NCBI GenBank assembly: GCA_002347605.1
Contig: DDXN01000001.1
Location: 9,701-73,700, forward strand
Length of the DNA: 64,000 nucleotides
Origin: Candidatus Dojkabacteria bacterium UBA2259
GTDB taxonomy: Bacteria > Patescibacteriota > Dojkabacteria > SC72
Direction of reading: 5' to 3'
Shown: positions 20,090-30,530 of the stretch, in pieces
How the letters are laid out: the number at the start of each line of letters is the position of its first letter
How positions within the stretch are numbered: the first letter of the stretch is position 1
Position numbers and translations under genes: made by a program
The notes under the pieces: model-generated
Seen by the model: only the letters and a program-made list of their open reading frames with translations
Told to the model about the DNA's origin: nothing
Database searches by the model: none

Positions 20090-21814
20090 ATGGATTCATC
20101 AAGAGACCAAATACAAGAGATAAAAGAGCGCCTAGATATTGTAGATATTGTTGGAAAGTATGTTCAATTAAAACAGACTGGAAAGAACTTTTCAGGTCTC
20201 TGTCCATTTCATACTGAAAAGACACCCTCCTTTATAGTCAGTCCTGAGTTACAAAGATACAAATGCTTTGGATGTGGTGAGTCTGGAGATATATTTAACT
20301 TTGTTCAAAAGATAGAAAATATTGACTTCCCCGAAACCTTAGAGAAACTTGCAAAAGAAGCAGGTATTACATTGAGAAAACAAAATACAAACACACAATA
20401 TCAAAGGATTGAAGAGATAAATAAAAGGGCAACAATATACTTCTTTAGAGAGTTAAAGAATAAAAGAAATATTAAGGTACTTGAGTATGTATATAGCAGG
20501 GGGATTACTGATGATAGTATTAAAAGCTTTGGCTTAGGATACTCTCCCGGAGGAATAGGCCTATTAGATTTTATCCAAAAAGAGGATAAATACTCCAAAG
20601 CTGAGCTACTAGCTTCTGGTCTCTTTGTTGAAAAGGAAGGCAAACTTAGGGGAAAGTTTTACAAAAGGGTAATGTTTCCGATTAGGTCTAGCTCTGCAAA
20701 GGTAATCGCATTCACAGGAAGAGTGTTACCAGGCAATGATTTCGGTCCTAAGTATATGAATTCTCCAGAGACCCCAATATATCACAAAAGTGATAACCTC
20801 TATGGTCAATACGAATCAAGACAAGAGATTAGAAAACAGGATTTAGCAATAGTATGTGAAGGAACAACTGATGTAATATCTTCTCACCAAATAGGTATAA
20901 AGAATATTGTTGCACCTTTGGGAACAGCTCTAACCAAAGAACAGTTAACAAAAATATCTAAGTTGACAAAAAATGTTCTCTTTCTCTTTGATAGCGATAG
21001 TGCTGGCCAAAATGCATTAGAAAAAGCCTTTCAACTTTCCCAAGAGCTATCCTTGAATACTTATGCTGCAAATACTCTCCCATACAAAGATATTGATGAG
21101 ATGATTAAAAAGAACCCAAAGCTATTTATTAAGCTTGTTAAAACAAGAATAGATGCATACACCTATCTACTCGCTCAATTTATCAAAGACAAGGATCCAA
21201 ATAAGTTCGAAGATTATCATCGGATTGTTTCATGGATGGAGAGTATGCTTTCTCATGTCAAGAATCGTTCAAATTTTTTATTCTATGTGAAATCGTCTTA
21301 TCAAATGACACGAATTCACCCATTCAAAAAAGTCTCTAATAAAGCCTTTTCGGATGATGAGGGTTTTCGTGGAAATTTGGCACCTCAAAAGCCTAGTAAA
21401 GACGCCATATTTTTACAGCATCTTCTTTTTCAAAATAATTTTAACGTCTGGAAAAAATTTGATATAAAATTTTTTGAAGATGAAAAAATTTTGGAAATCC
21501 TTTCCTTTGTTTCACAAAACCCTGATTCTAATAGGGAAGATATACTATCACATTTTGAGGAGAATCCCGTTATTAAAGGATTAATTGAAGATAGCATCTT
21601 TTCTTTCTCAAAAGGAGAGAGTAATATTGAAGAATTAGAAAACATATACAACAATATTGTAAAGGATTACTACAAACGAAAAGAGCTTGAATACAATATG
21701 AGAATAGCCTCAGCTGAACAAACTGGGGATTTGAAAGAAAGCGAAAAGCTTTTTAAAGAGTTTCAAGATTTAACAAGAGAGAAACAGAAATATGAACAAA
21801 ATAGCAGATTATGA
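20090..21814 (+). CDS. dnaG: DNA primase
   Basis: CHC2 zinc finger CPFHTEKTPSFIVSPELQRYKCFGCGESGD and Toprim AIVCEGTTDVISSHQ...LFDSDSAGQNA. Confidence 0.9.
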   Translation: MDSSRDQIQEIKERLDIVDIVGKYVQLKQTGKNFSGLCPFHTEKTPSFIVSPELQRYKCFGCGESGDIFNFVQKIENIDFPETLEKLAKEAGITLRKQNTNTQYQRIEEINKRATIYFFRELKNKRNIKVLEYVYSRGITDDSIKSFGLGYSPGGIGLLDFIQKEDKYSKAELLASGLFVEKEGKLRGKFYKRVMFPIRSSSAKVIAFTGRVLPGNDFGPKYMNSPETPIYHKSDNLYGQYESRQEIRKQDLAIVCEGTTDVISSHQIGIKNIVAPLGTALTKEQLTKISKLTKNVLFLFDSDSAGQNALEKAFQLSQELSLNTYAANTLPYKDIDEMIKKNPKLFIKLVKTRIDAYTYLLAQFIKDKDPNKFEDYHRIVSWMESMLSHVKNRSNFLFYVKSSYQMTRIHPFKKVSNKAFSDDEGFRGNLAPQKPSKDAIFLQHLLFQNNFNVWKKFDIKFFEDEKILEILSFVSQNPDSNREDILSHFEENPVIKGLIEDSIFSFSKGESNIEELENIYNNIVKDYYKRKELEYNMRIASAEQTGDLKESEKLFKEFQDLTREKQKYEQNSRL

Positions 21815-22718
21815 TACATATGACTATGACTACAGTACATACTGGAACAAAAGAGAGTATGAACATAAGTCAGAGATATTAGTATTGGAAAAATTACTAA
21901 AACATAATAGTGGAAGATGGTTTCTTGATATAGGAGGCTCTTTTGGGAGATTAACTAAAACATATTCCAAAAGATATACAAATCCCGTTATTGTTGACTA
22001 CTCATTAAAAACATTACAAAAAAACTACGCTTCTTTAAAAAAGGAAACTCCAAGTATAGAATTAATAGCTGCTAATGCTTACTTTCTACCATTCAAAAAC
22101 AATACATTTGATGGATCCTTAATGGTAAGGGTATTACATCATATTGAAAAACCAAAAGAGTGTGTAAGAGAAATATATAGAGTGCTAGGCCATAATGGGA
22201 TATACATACAAGAGTATGCAAACAAACTACACATAAAGGCCGTAATTAGAGCGATATTAACATTAGACTTCTCGCTTTTTAATAAGGAACCGTATCAGCA
22301 GCCTGACAAACACCATTACGAAGGAACAAAAGAGGGTTCGAAGGTACTCTTTTTCAATTATCACCCACGTTGGATTGCTACTCTTTTGACAGATATAGGC
22401 TACAATATTAAGAAAAAGTATGGTTGCTCCTTTCTTAGATTAAATATTCTAAAAAAGCTTTTGAGTACTAAATTCCTACTCTTTTGGGAGAATATATTCC
22501 AATATACTCTTTCCTGGTCAAATATTTCTCCAAGCATATTTATTAAATCCCTTGTAAACAAGAAAACTGAAAATACAGAAGAACCTAATGATTTCGCCTC
22601 CATTCTTCTTTGTCCCAGATGTAAAGGAAATTTAGATATACAAAACAACAGGGCAATATGTAACAACTGTAAAAACGAATACCTTAAAAAGGAAAATATT
22701 TGGGATTTTAGAATATAA
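21792..22718 (+). CDS. Class I SAM-dependent methyltransferase with C-terminal Trm112-like zinc ribbon
   Basis: Motif I FLDIGGSFGRLT and motif post-I/II are present. The C-terminus has CPRCKGNLDIQNNRAICNNCKNEY, a CxxC...CxxC Trm112-like ribbon. Overlaps the dnaG 3' end by 23 nt. Confidence 0.7.
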   Translation: MNKIADYDTYDYDYSTYWNKREYEHKSEILVLEKLLKHNSGRWFLDIGGSFGRLTKTYSKRYTNPVIVDYSLKTLQKNYASLKKETPSIELIAANAYFLPFKNNTFDGSLMVRVLHHIEKPKECVREIYRVLGHNGIYIQEYANKLHIKAVIRAILTLDFSLFNKEPYQQPDKHHYEGTKEGSKVLFFNYHPRWIATLLTDIGYNIKKKYGCSFLRLNILKKLLSTKFLLFWENIFQYTLSWSNISPSIFIKSLVNKKTENTEEPNDFASILLCPRCKGNLDIQNNRAICNNCKNEYLKKENIWDFRI

Positions 22719-23447
22719 ATGAAAGCTAAAAAATCTTTAGGTCAGAATTTCTTTATTAACAAAAACTTAGGTAATCATATTCTTAATATACTTAAAGATA
22801 CCCATTGTGACTCCGTTGTTGAAATAGGCCCAGGTACGGGTTTTTTTACCGAGAAGTTACAGGAGATATTTACCAATGTTACTGTAATTGAAAAAGATTC
22901 TGAACTATCAAAACAATTACAGCAAGAATTCCCCAATATTCAGATAATTAACCAAGATTTTCTTGAAACCAATCTAGATTTAATTTCAAACAAGGATTCC
23001 TTCTTCTTTGGTTCTTTACCTTTTAATGTCTCAAAACCAATTATACGAAAGATTATTGAAAGTAATCATTTCTTAAATCCTGCCTTCTTCATAATTCAAA
23101 ATGAAGTAGCAAAAAAGTATTTATACAAACCACCATATTCTCCCCTCTCCCTATTAACTTCAGTATATGCTGATTGTAAAAAAATCCTTGATATATCACC
23201 TGATTCTTTTAGACCAAAACCCCACGTAAACAGTAGCCTAATATCTTTTTTACCAAACCGTAAAGAAGTAAAAGATCTCTCTTTACTGGAAAGCTTAATA
23301 AATAGCGCGTTTAAACATCCAAGAAAAAATATACATAACAATTTAAAGGGCACAAAATTTGAAAAAGGAGCTTTCGGATTTCTCACCCTAAGACCTGGGC
23401 AACTATCCTTAGACGAGTATCTTAAGATTTGTGAATATTCTCTTTGA
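22719..23447 (+). CDS. rsmA: 16S rRNA (adenine1518/1519-N6)-dimethyltransferase RsmA/KsgA
   Basis: KKSLGQNFFINKNLGNHIL...VVEIGPGTGFFTEKL is the KsgA signature. Start abuts the upstream stop. Confidence 0.85.
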   Translation: MKAKKSLGQNFFINKNLGNHILNILKDTHCDSVVEIGPGTGFFTEKLQEIFTNVTVIEKDSELSKQLQQEFPNIQIINQDFLETNLDLISNKDSFFFGSLPFNVSKPIIRKIIESNHFLNPAFFIIQNEVAKKYLYKPPYSPLSLLTSVYADCKKILDISPDSFRPKPHVNSSLISFLPNRKEVKDLSLLESLINSAFKHPRKNIHNNLKGTKFEKGAFGFLTLRPGQLSLDEYLKICEYSL

Positions 23448-23467
23448 TCTTTTGATATAATTGGTGG

Positions 23468-23914
23468 ATGAAAAAGCAAAAGAAAGAGAAACAGTTACAA
23501 TTTGGTCTAAAAAACACTCCCCAAAATGTATATTACAAATACAAAAAACAGTATGAGCTTTGGTTGGCTGGTCTTGAAACAAAAAAATACATTAAAGACC
23601 CATTAACTTGGTTTTCAATTATTCTCTCTCTCTCTCTTATAGCTACACAGATATATCTGATTGAAACTAAGGAGAAAATCCCTAACAAAGTAGCTATTCT
23701 AGGATATTTCCTTAATCCCTCAGAAAGATTAATGTCTAGCGACTATATCTACCTGTTTCCACTCATATGCATAGTAATTCTCATCCTAGCAATTGCTCTT
23801 TCAAACAAATACTACCACAAAGAAAGAGATCTCTCTAAAGTAATTATAGTTGTAACCCTTCTTGCTAATCTCTCTCTCTGTTTGATATTTCTCAAATTAT
23901 TTTTAATTTTTTAA
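23468..23914 (+). CDS. Hypothetical small membrane protein (3 TM)
   Basis: ORF with three hydrophobic helices. No recognisable motif. Confidence 0.4.
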   Translation: MKKQKKEKQLQFGLKNTPQNVYYKYKKQYELWLAGLETKKYIKDPLTWFSIILSLSLIATQIYLIETKEKIPNKVAILGYFLNPSERLMSSDYIYLFPLICIVILILAIALSNKYYHKERDLSKVIIVVTLLANLSLCLIFLKLFLIF

Positions 23915-23916
23915 AT

Positions 23917-25125
23917 ATGGATATCTCAATACCAACAAAGTTCCTTGAAAAAATACTACAAATTGGAAATCTCAGTATCTCATCTCAGTATGATAAATAC
24001 TTAAATTATTGGCCACTATTCCTTTTCGGATTACTACTCTCCTTCCTGTTATTACCCATAATTGGAAAAATCGCAACAAAATTTGGTATTACATACAAAC
24101 CAAGAACAAAAAGAAGAAATAGGGAGTTTGATAATCCCGAGAAAGCCCTCCATGACAAGGAAACTCCCGCATTGGGAGGACTTGCAGTAACAATACCCGT
24201 ATTGATACTAATCCCTATACTCTTTAGATTAGATCCCTTTACCTTACCTATTTTCCTAGCTATAGCAGTTCTTGTTATTGGCTCTGTACTAGACGACATC
24301 TTTAACCTACCATCAAAAGTTCAACTTGGATACCAAATCCTAGCTGCTGGAATAATTGCTTTCTCTGTATTAGATCTATCCCATGTTAGCTTTTTTACCA
24401 ACGATTTTCTTAACTTAGCGGGAATAAGCTGGAGTGCCAAGATTTTCTCCTTCCCAATCTCATTTGTATTCCCAGGAGATTTAATACTCCTAGGTTGGAT
24501 ACTACTCTGTATTAACTCTGTAAAATGGGTAGGAGGCTCTCCAGGTTTGGTAGAATCCTACTCCCTAGCAATCTTCCTTCTCATCTTTGTCCTTGGTATA
24601 AGTACTTTCTCATTATTTTCATCAAGTTTAAGCATATTAATATCTGGATCTTTAATCTCTCTGTTGTACTTTGCATTTCCACCTCCTAAGATTATGTCTG
24701 GTTCAAGTGGAAAATCCATCTACGGTTTTCTAATCAGTGTACTGGCACTACTAAGTGATGCAAAATTCTCAACAACAATTATGCTACTAGCATTACCAAT
24801 AATTGATGCTTTTTACGTTATTATTTACAGATATATAACATACAAACCAAAGAATATCTTAGAACTAATGAAGATAAATGATACCTCTCATTTACATCAC
24901 CAATTGCTTAAACTTAATTTCTCGAACAGGCAGATTCTCCTCATAGAAACATCCTTTTCTCTGCTTGTTGGTTCCTTTGCAATCCTTTCAACTGGAGCAT
25001 TAAGATACTTCGCTTTGATATTTGGAATAGCCTTGGTAATCGTGTTTGTTGTATATATAAACTACAGGGCTAGAATGAAGGAGAAAGACAAAAAAGAGTC
25101 TCCTGAATCAAAATACTCATACTAA
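23917..25125 (+). CDS. Polyprenyl-phosphate N-acetylhexosamine-1-phosphate transferase, MraY/WecA (GT4 family)
   Basis: Polytopic protein with ALGGLAVTIP, the DDIFNL aspartate-rich motif and a later HHQL region typical of MraY/WecA-type transferases. The mid-region is low-complexity S/L-rich. Confidence 0.65.
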   Translation: MDISIPTKFLEKILQIGNLSISSQYDKYLNYWPLFLFGLLLSFLLLPIIGKIATKFGITYKPRTKRRNREFDNPEKALHDKETPALGGLAVTIPVLILIPILFRLDPFTLPIFLAIAVLVIGSVLDDIFNLPSKVQLGYQILAAGIIAFSVLDLSHVSFFTNDFLNLAGISWSAKIFSFPISFVFPGDLILLGWILLCINSVKWVGGSPGLVESYSLAIFLLIFVLGISTFSLFSSSLSILISGSLISLLYFAFPPPKIMSGSSGKSIYGFLISVLALLSDAKFSTTIMLLALPIIDAFYVIIYRYITYKPKNILELMKINDTSHLHHQLLKLNFSNRQILLIETSFSLLVGSFAILSTGALRYFALIFGIALVIVFVVYINYRARMKEKDKKESPESKYSY

Positions 25126-25156
25126 TTTCTAGACAAATCACGGTACCCTGATATAA

Positions 25157-25819
25157 TTGATATATATGAAAAAATGGAAACCTGCCCTCATAATTATGCT
25201 ACTTGTCATACTCCTTTCTGTCTTCTTTTTTTTCGTTCCTCTAGATAATATTGTTAAGAATATTCCTGTCATAAAAAGCTTTTACAAAAATACTACACTA
25301 GATATAACGACTCCAAATGGGAAAGCTACTGTAAAAATAGATGGAAAAGAGTATGGGGATACTCCTGTAAATATCACAAACCTAGTAGCTGGAACCTATC
25401 AAGTTGAATTGAATAGGACATCACAAAAAGAGGGTTTTTACAAGCCCCATTTCTTTAACATTGAACTAACGAAAAACTCAACATCAAGAATAAATATGGA
25501 GATAGGGCCTGGTGATTATCTACATGGAGTCGTCCTTTTCTACATAGAAGATAAAACTATTGAGTCGGGAAAAGGGAAAATAATGCTGACCTCTAGCGCA
25601 GATGATGCAAAGGTATATATTAACGATGAGTACTTCGATACAACCCCACTTACAAACATTGTGCTTGAAAAAGGGGAATATAGTATCAAATTAGAAAAAA
25701 CAACCTTTGAGGATTTAGAGTTCCCAATTGTAGTTAGTGCTGGTCATGTATTGAATATCAAAGGGTATCAATTCCCTCTTCCTATAACTTTTGTAACAGA
25801 GAAAAAAGATGAGCAATAA
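25157..25819 (+). CDS. PEGA domain protein (N-terminal TM anchor, two PEGA repeats)
   Basis: GKATVKIDGKEYGDTPVNITNLVAGTYQVEL and AKVYINDEYFDTTPLTNIVLEKGEYSIKLE fit the PEGA pattern. Confidence 0.6.
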   Translation: MIYMKKWKPALIIMLLVILLSVFFFFVPLDNIVKNIPVIKSFYKNTTLDITTPNGKATVKIDGKEYGDTPVNITNLVAGTYQVELNRTSQKEGFYKPHFFNIELTKNSTSRINMEIGPGDYLHGVVLFYIEDKTIESGKGKIMLTSSADDAKVYINDEYFDTTPLTNIVLEKGEYSIKLEKTTFEDLEFPIVVSAGHVLNIKGYQFPLPITFVTEKKDEQ

Positions 25820-28817
25820 AGAGGATTTAAGTAAAATTAAAGGACAAACCCCTATCTCCGTAATAGTACATGGAGGCAATTATATATCTTTCTTACTCGC
25901 AAAAACCCTTCTTGAACAGGGTAGCCATGTTGTAATGATAGATAAATACACAAATACCTCAAAACAGTATTTTACTGAGTTAAAAAAGACTGGAAGAGTC
26001 AGCTTCATAGATTTTAAAGGTCTTAAATCCTTCTATGAAAAAATTGCGAGGGTAGACTACCTCTACTACATGCTTGGCGAAAAGGTTGAAGGAAGTAAAA
26101 ATGTTGATAGTAAAGACTTTCTTTCAGAAACTGACTATCTTAACCAAAGCTTAACATGTGCTAACAAATACAAAGCGAAGATGTCACTAATTACCTCTTT
26201 GAGGTTAAACAGAGAGCTTTCAAATAGAATAAACAACGAGAAAGATGGAAAAACAAAACCATACTCCCCACTTGAGTTACAAAGGTATGGAGAGAACTAT
26301 ACTGCAGAGTATGTAGACAAAACAAAAGCCAATTTACGAATAATTAGATTAGGAACAGTAATTGGGAAAGGAGTAAATCAAATATCAGATGATACCTTAG
26401 ATAAGCTATTTACCGATGCAACTCAAAGACACCAAATTGATATCGAGGGAGAGGGTTTAGAGATACACAACATTATTCATGAAAGTGATGCAATATATGG
26501 AATACTTAAATTAACATTCTCGGATGATACAAAAGGGGAGGTAGTATCTCTCTGTAATAAGAACGATTACTCAACTCTTTCGATTGCATATAAATTACTT
26601 GAGCTAGATGTTGAAGCAAAGGCTATAAAATTTGTTGAAAGAGAAGATAGTAGTATGGTACTTCAAGATCTCTATGTCCCAGCACCAAACGCTTCTGAAT
26701 ATGGATGGAAACAGAATGTCTCCTTAGAAGAAAGTACACTTGACCAGGCTAAGGCTTACTACGAGAAATCAGATAAAAAGTGGGAAGGAGACAAAACAGA
26801 GGGAGTATCAAAATACAAGGTCCAGGAAGATACAACAAATGTTTCCAAAACCAAACTCGGAAACATGCTTGCCTCTCTTATCAAGCCCTTTAGAGTCCTC
26901 ACTAACCCTAAACAGCTTTTTAAAAAGATTGACTATTTAAAGATATTAAAATGGGTATCACTTTCTGCACTATTTCTTTCCTTTGTATACTTCTTTTTGG
27001 CACCATTAATTAGTATCTCTTTAGGTGGAATCTTAATATACAGACAAGAAAAATCCCTAGAGGAGTCCATCTCTAATCTCGATTTTGATAATATTGAAAA
27101 AAGTACTTCCTCTCTTTCAAAAAATGTCTCTAAAATTGAAAACAGTTTAAATCGATTGTTTTGGGTATTTGTAATAACAGACCTAAGAGGTGAATATACA
27201 AACCTCTTCCAGGTTGTCCAGGGAACTAAATATATTGCAGAGAGTGGAAAGGATTTGGTTGTAGGATTAAAACCTTTAGGACAATATATTAAAGATTTTC
27301 AACCATCAATACGATTAGAAAACAGCAAGCCAGAGACAGTAGAGGAGTACAACCAGTATTTAGAATCTATCGATGACAACAAATATCTCATAAAAGAGGG
27401 AATATACAAAATGTCTCTTGCTCAAAACCTAATTACAACAACCAATACAAGTAACTTCCCACCCTTTTTAAAGAATTTTGTGTTTGATTACAAAGAGTTG
27501 GTTACAAATATTGACAATATAGTTAAACCCTTAGAAAAAGTCTCTCAGTTTCTACCTGATATATTGGGATTAAATGAAAGAAAAAGATACCTAATACTAC
27601 TTCAGGATAACGGAGAGATAAGAAGTACAGGAGGAAGAATATCTAGTTACGCTATTGTAGCAATAGAGAACGGCCAGATAAGAGAGCTTTACGTTGATGA
27701 CGCATACAATGCACAAGCGATACTAAATCTTAAAGGCTACTACTACAGACCACAAAACTCCCTAGTCAGGGCACTTCCTAGCACTCCATTTGCCCTACCT
27801 TTGGTAAACTGGGATCCAAACCTTGATAATGTGCTTCTCTCTTCAGAACAGTTTATCTATGACCTTGGAAAAGGAGACTCTCTTGATGGAGTTATTACTC
27901 TCGACATAGTCTTTTTACAAAAACTCTTAGATAAATGGAATGGTATTCAAGTTCCAGGAGAAAGCGAACTAACAACCTCAGAAACTCTTTACTCAAAAAT
28001 ATTCGAAACATACTCAGAGGAGGGACCAAATACTCCAAGTAAATCTACATTTCTAACAGACTTCTTTAACGCAGTAATCACAAAGATATTCTCAACCAAG
28101 ATAACGGATAGTAAAGATATTTACAATACAATATCGGAGACAATTGAAGAGAAACATATCCTTTTCACCTTTAAAAACTCAATGGCCAGATCCTATGCCG
28201 ATGACAGAGGATTCGATGGGAATTTAGATGCCAAATTCCAAAGTGCCCCAATTAATATTGATTGGAATTGGGGAAATAACAAAGCTAATCTGTATATTAA
28301 GAAAAATCATACACTAGATATATATATAAAGGATGAGAATACAATTGACTATACATACCAAATTGCTATACAAAATGACTCAACAAAAGAAGAGTACCCA
28401 CAAGGAACATACAAAAACTATGTAAGAATATATATACCATACAGTGCAACAGTAACTGGAATAAAGGGGATTACAAATAACAAGTATGATGTATACGAAG
28501 AGGGTGGATACAAAGTAATTGCTGGGTGGTTTAATATCCCAATTAAAGACACTTCAATATTAGAAATAAAGTACAGGGTATCCAATCAGAGTAATGATTC
28601 TAACTTCCTTTTAACTAAAGATGAAACTCATTACAAAATGGATATAAATATATACAAACAGCCTGGAAGTAGAAAAGATGCATATAATCTCTCAATTAGT
28701 TATCCAACTGCATGGGTAATTGAAAGTAGTGATGGATTAACAAGAATAGAAAACAATATAAACAGAAGGTTTGAACTATCCTCAGATCAATATTTCTATC
28801 TATCTTGGCAAAGATAA
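25809..28817 (+). CDS. Large membrane-anchored protein: N-terminal Rossmann/NAD-binding epimerase-like domain, TM, C-terminal DUF4012-like domain
   Basis: 1002 aa. N-terminus VIVHGGNYISFLLAKTLLEQGSHVVMID is Rossmann-like. A TM lies at about aa 380-405. The long C-terminal region resembles the DUF4012 proteins common next to cell-envelope genes in CPR genomes (pattern-level call). Confidence 0.5.
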   Translation: MSNKEDLSKIKGQTPISVIVHGGNYISFLLAKTLLEQGSHVVMIDKYTNTSKQYFTELKKTGRVSFIDFKGLKSFYEKIARVDYLYYMLGEKVEGSKNVDSKDFLSETDYLNQSLTCANKYKAKMSLITSLRLNRELSNRINNEKDGKTKPYSPLELQRYGENYTAEYVDKTKANLRIIRLGTVIGKGVNQISDDTLDKLFTDATQRHQIDIEGEGLEIHNIIHESDAIYGILKLTFSDDTKGEVVSLCNKNDYSTLSIAYKLLELDVEAKAIKFVEREDSSMVLQDLYVPAPNASEYGWKQNVSLEESTLDQAKAYYEKSDKKWEGDKTEGVSKYKVQEDTTNVSKTKLGNMLASLIKPFRVLTNPKQLFKKIDYLKILKWVSLSALFLSFVYFFLAPLISISLGGILIYRQEKSLEESISNLDFDNIEKSTSSLSKNVSKIENSLNRLFWVFVITDLRGEYTNLFQVVQGTKYIAESGKDLVVGLKPLGQYIKDFQPSIRLENSKPETVEEYNQYLESIDDNKYLIKEGIYKMSLAQNLITTTNTSNFPPFLKNFVFDYKELVTNIDNIVKPLEKVSQFLPDILGLNERKRYLILLQDNGEIRSTGGRISSYAIVAIENGQIRELYVDDAYNAQAILNLKGYYYRPQNSLVRALPSTPFALPLVNWDPNLDNVLLSSEQFIYDLGKGDSLDGVITLDIVFLQKLLDKWNGIQVPGESELTTSETLYSKIFETYSEEGPNTPSKSTFLTDFFNAVITKIFSTKITDSKDIYNTISETIEEKHILFTFKNSMARSYADDRGFDGNLDAKFQSAPINIDWNWGNNKANLYIKKNHTLDIYIKDENTIDYTYQIAIQNDSTKEEYPQGTYKNYVRIYIPYSATVTGIKGITNNKYDVYEEGGYKVIAGWFNIPIKDTSILEIKYRVSNQSNDSNFLLTKDETHYKMDINIYKQPGSRKDAYNLSISYPTAWVIESSDGLTRIENNINRRFELSSDQYFYLSWQR

Positions 28818-29162
28818 TTACACTAATACTCTCTCTTTTTCTTTCAGATAGAGATACAAATCTAAAATCTCTTCTACAGATGTTTCCTTCATAGATGCGA
28901 ACTTCCCTATCTCTTCAACATCCAAATCTGTATTAATAGGCATTCTATTACTAATACCAATTGGTTTAAAAAATGTTGCTATGTGATTAGATTTACAATT
29001 TGGGCATGAGAAGTGTATAATACTTGATATGTTCGTGTCCTGTATTATTTCTAGATTACTCTTAGAATAAAGGTTACCACACTTGTCACAAAATTTAGCA
29101 ATTGTATCAATAAAGAACTGCTTCTTTTCATCTAAATTGTTTATACTTGAACGTTTTACCAT
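28818..29162 (-). CDS. Hypothetical zinc-ribbon protein
   Basis: CDKCGNLY...CPNCKSNH four-Cys ribbon. Convergent with the upstream gene. Confidence 0.4.
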   Translation of the reverse strand: MVKRSSINNLDEKKQFFIDTIAKFCDKCGNLYSKSNLEIIQDTNISSIIHFSCPNCKSNHIATFFKPIGISNRMPINTDLDVEEIGKFASMKETSVEEILDLYLYLKEKERVLV

Positions 29163-29186
29163 ATCTAATTATACCATAACAAAATT

Positions 29187-30272
29187 ATGAGTAACTCAGC
29201 GAAATCAAAACATATTCAAGAATTAGTTAAGAAGGGAAAAGAACAAGGCTTTCTTTCTCAGGAGGATATCTTAGAGGTATTTCCCACTATTGAGGAGGAT
29301 ATTGTACTGTTGGATGATATTTTTAGAGAGTTACAAGAAAATGATGTAGAGGTATTAGAGCCCGAAGAGGATACTGTATCTGACAATGAGGAGTTAACCT
29401 TAGAAAAAAAGATTAGAATACTAAAAACAATTCAGTCAAGTCTTTCAACCGACGCAATTAGATCCTATCTTTATGAAATAGGAAAGATTCCACTTCTAAC
29501 GGGGGAGGAGGAGGTAATACTTGCAAAAAGAATAGAAAAAGGAGACAAAGAAGCTGGACAACTTTTAATAACAGCAAACCTTAGATTGGTTGTAAGTATC
29601 GCTAAAAAATATAGTAAGAGTGGCTTAGAGTTATTAGATCTAATCCAAGAGGGAAATATCGGATTAATGAGGGCTGTAGAGAAATTTGACTATCACAAAG
29701 GATTTAAATTCTCAACATACGCTACATGGTGGATTAGACAGGCAATAACTAGAGCCATTGCAGACCAGGCAAGAACTATAAGGGTACCTGTTCATATGAT
29801 AGAAACTATTAATAAATTCAACAAAGTAAATGGTACTCTTACAACAAGATTGGGAAGACAACCAACTGATGAAGAGATAGCAAAAGAAATGGATATTGAA
29901 TTAGAAAAGATAGCCGAAATAAGGAAGATAAAACAGAACCCTTCCTCTTTAGCAACACCCATAGGTGATGAGAAAGATAGTAAATTACAGGATATTCTTC
30001 CTGACGAATGGTCACAAAGTCCAGAAGATTTTGCTACTGCAGAATATTTGAAAAACCAATTAAAAGATATTCTAGACTCTTTACAAGATAGAGAAAGGAG
30101 GGTCCTTTCACTTAGATTCGGATTGACAGATGGGGTAACAAGAACATTAGAAGAGGTTGGTAGAGAGTTTGGCGTAACAAGAGAAAGAATAAGACAGATA
30201 GAAGCAAAAGCACTTAAAAAACTAAAGGAGAAGTCCTCTGAAAAGAAACTGGACGACTATATAGATACTTAA
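29187..30272 (+). CDS. rpoD: RNA polymerase sigma-70 factor RpoD
   Basis: Region 2 ([54 protein letters not shown]) and region 4 ([27 protein letters not shown]) are present. Confidence 0.93.
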   Translation: MSNSAKSKHIQELVKKGKEQGFLSQEDILEVFPTIEEDIVLLDDIFRELQENDVEVLEPEEDTVSDNEELTLEKKIRILKTIQSSLSTDAIRSYLYEIGKIPLLTGEEEVILAKRIEKGDKEAGQLLITANLRLVVSIAKKYSKSGLELLDLIQEGNIGLMRAVEKFDYHKGFKFSTYATWWIRQAITRAIADQARTIRVPVHMIETINKFNKVNGTLTTRLGRQPTDEEIAKEMDIELEKIAEIRKIKQNPSSLATPIGDEKDSKLQDILPDEWSQSPEDFATAEYLKNQLKDILDSLQDRERRVLSLRFGLTDGVTRTLEEVGREFGVTRERIRQIEAKALKKLKEKSSEKKLDDYIDT

Positions 30273-30526
30273 TTGGTAGAATCCTCTTCTCCCTCTGTCA
30301 TTTCAAAAAAGGAATCAGGTTGAATTGCAAAACCATTTTCTATTTTCTCTGACACTAAATCGAGAATCTCTTCGTTAAATTTTGGGCTTAGTGTCTTTGT
30401 ATATCTTTCTGCATTTGGGTTAATAGTTGTTAGGGATTTACTTGAAAAAACAGCTATTCCTCCCCACACAATAGCGATTATTACTGACAAAAGAATTATT
30501 ACAAAATATTTTCTAAAAGTTTCCAT
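30269..30526 (-). CDS. Hypothetical small membrane-anchored protein (possible PilP-like accessory)
   Basis: 85 aa with a single N-terminal TM. Last gene of the pilN-pilO-like operon. No motif. Confidence 0.35.
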   Translation of the reverse strand: METFRKYFVIILLSVIIAIVWGGIAVFSSKSLTTINPNAERYTKTLSPKFNEEILDLVSEKIENGFAIQPDSFFEMTEGEEDSTN

Positions 30527-30530
30527 ATTT

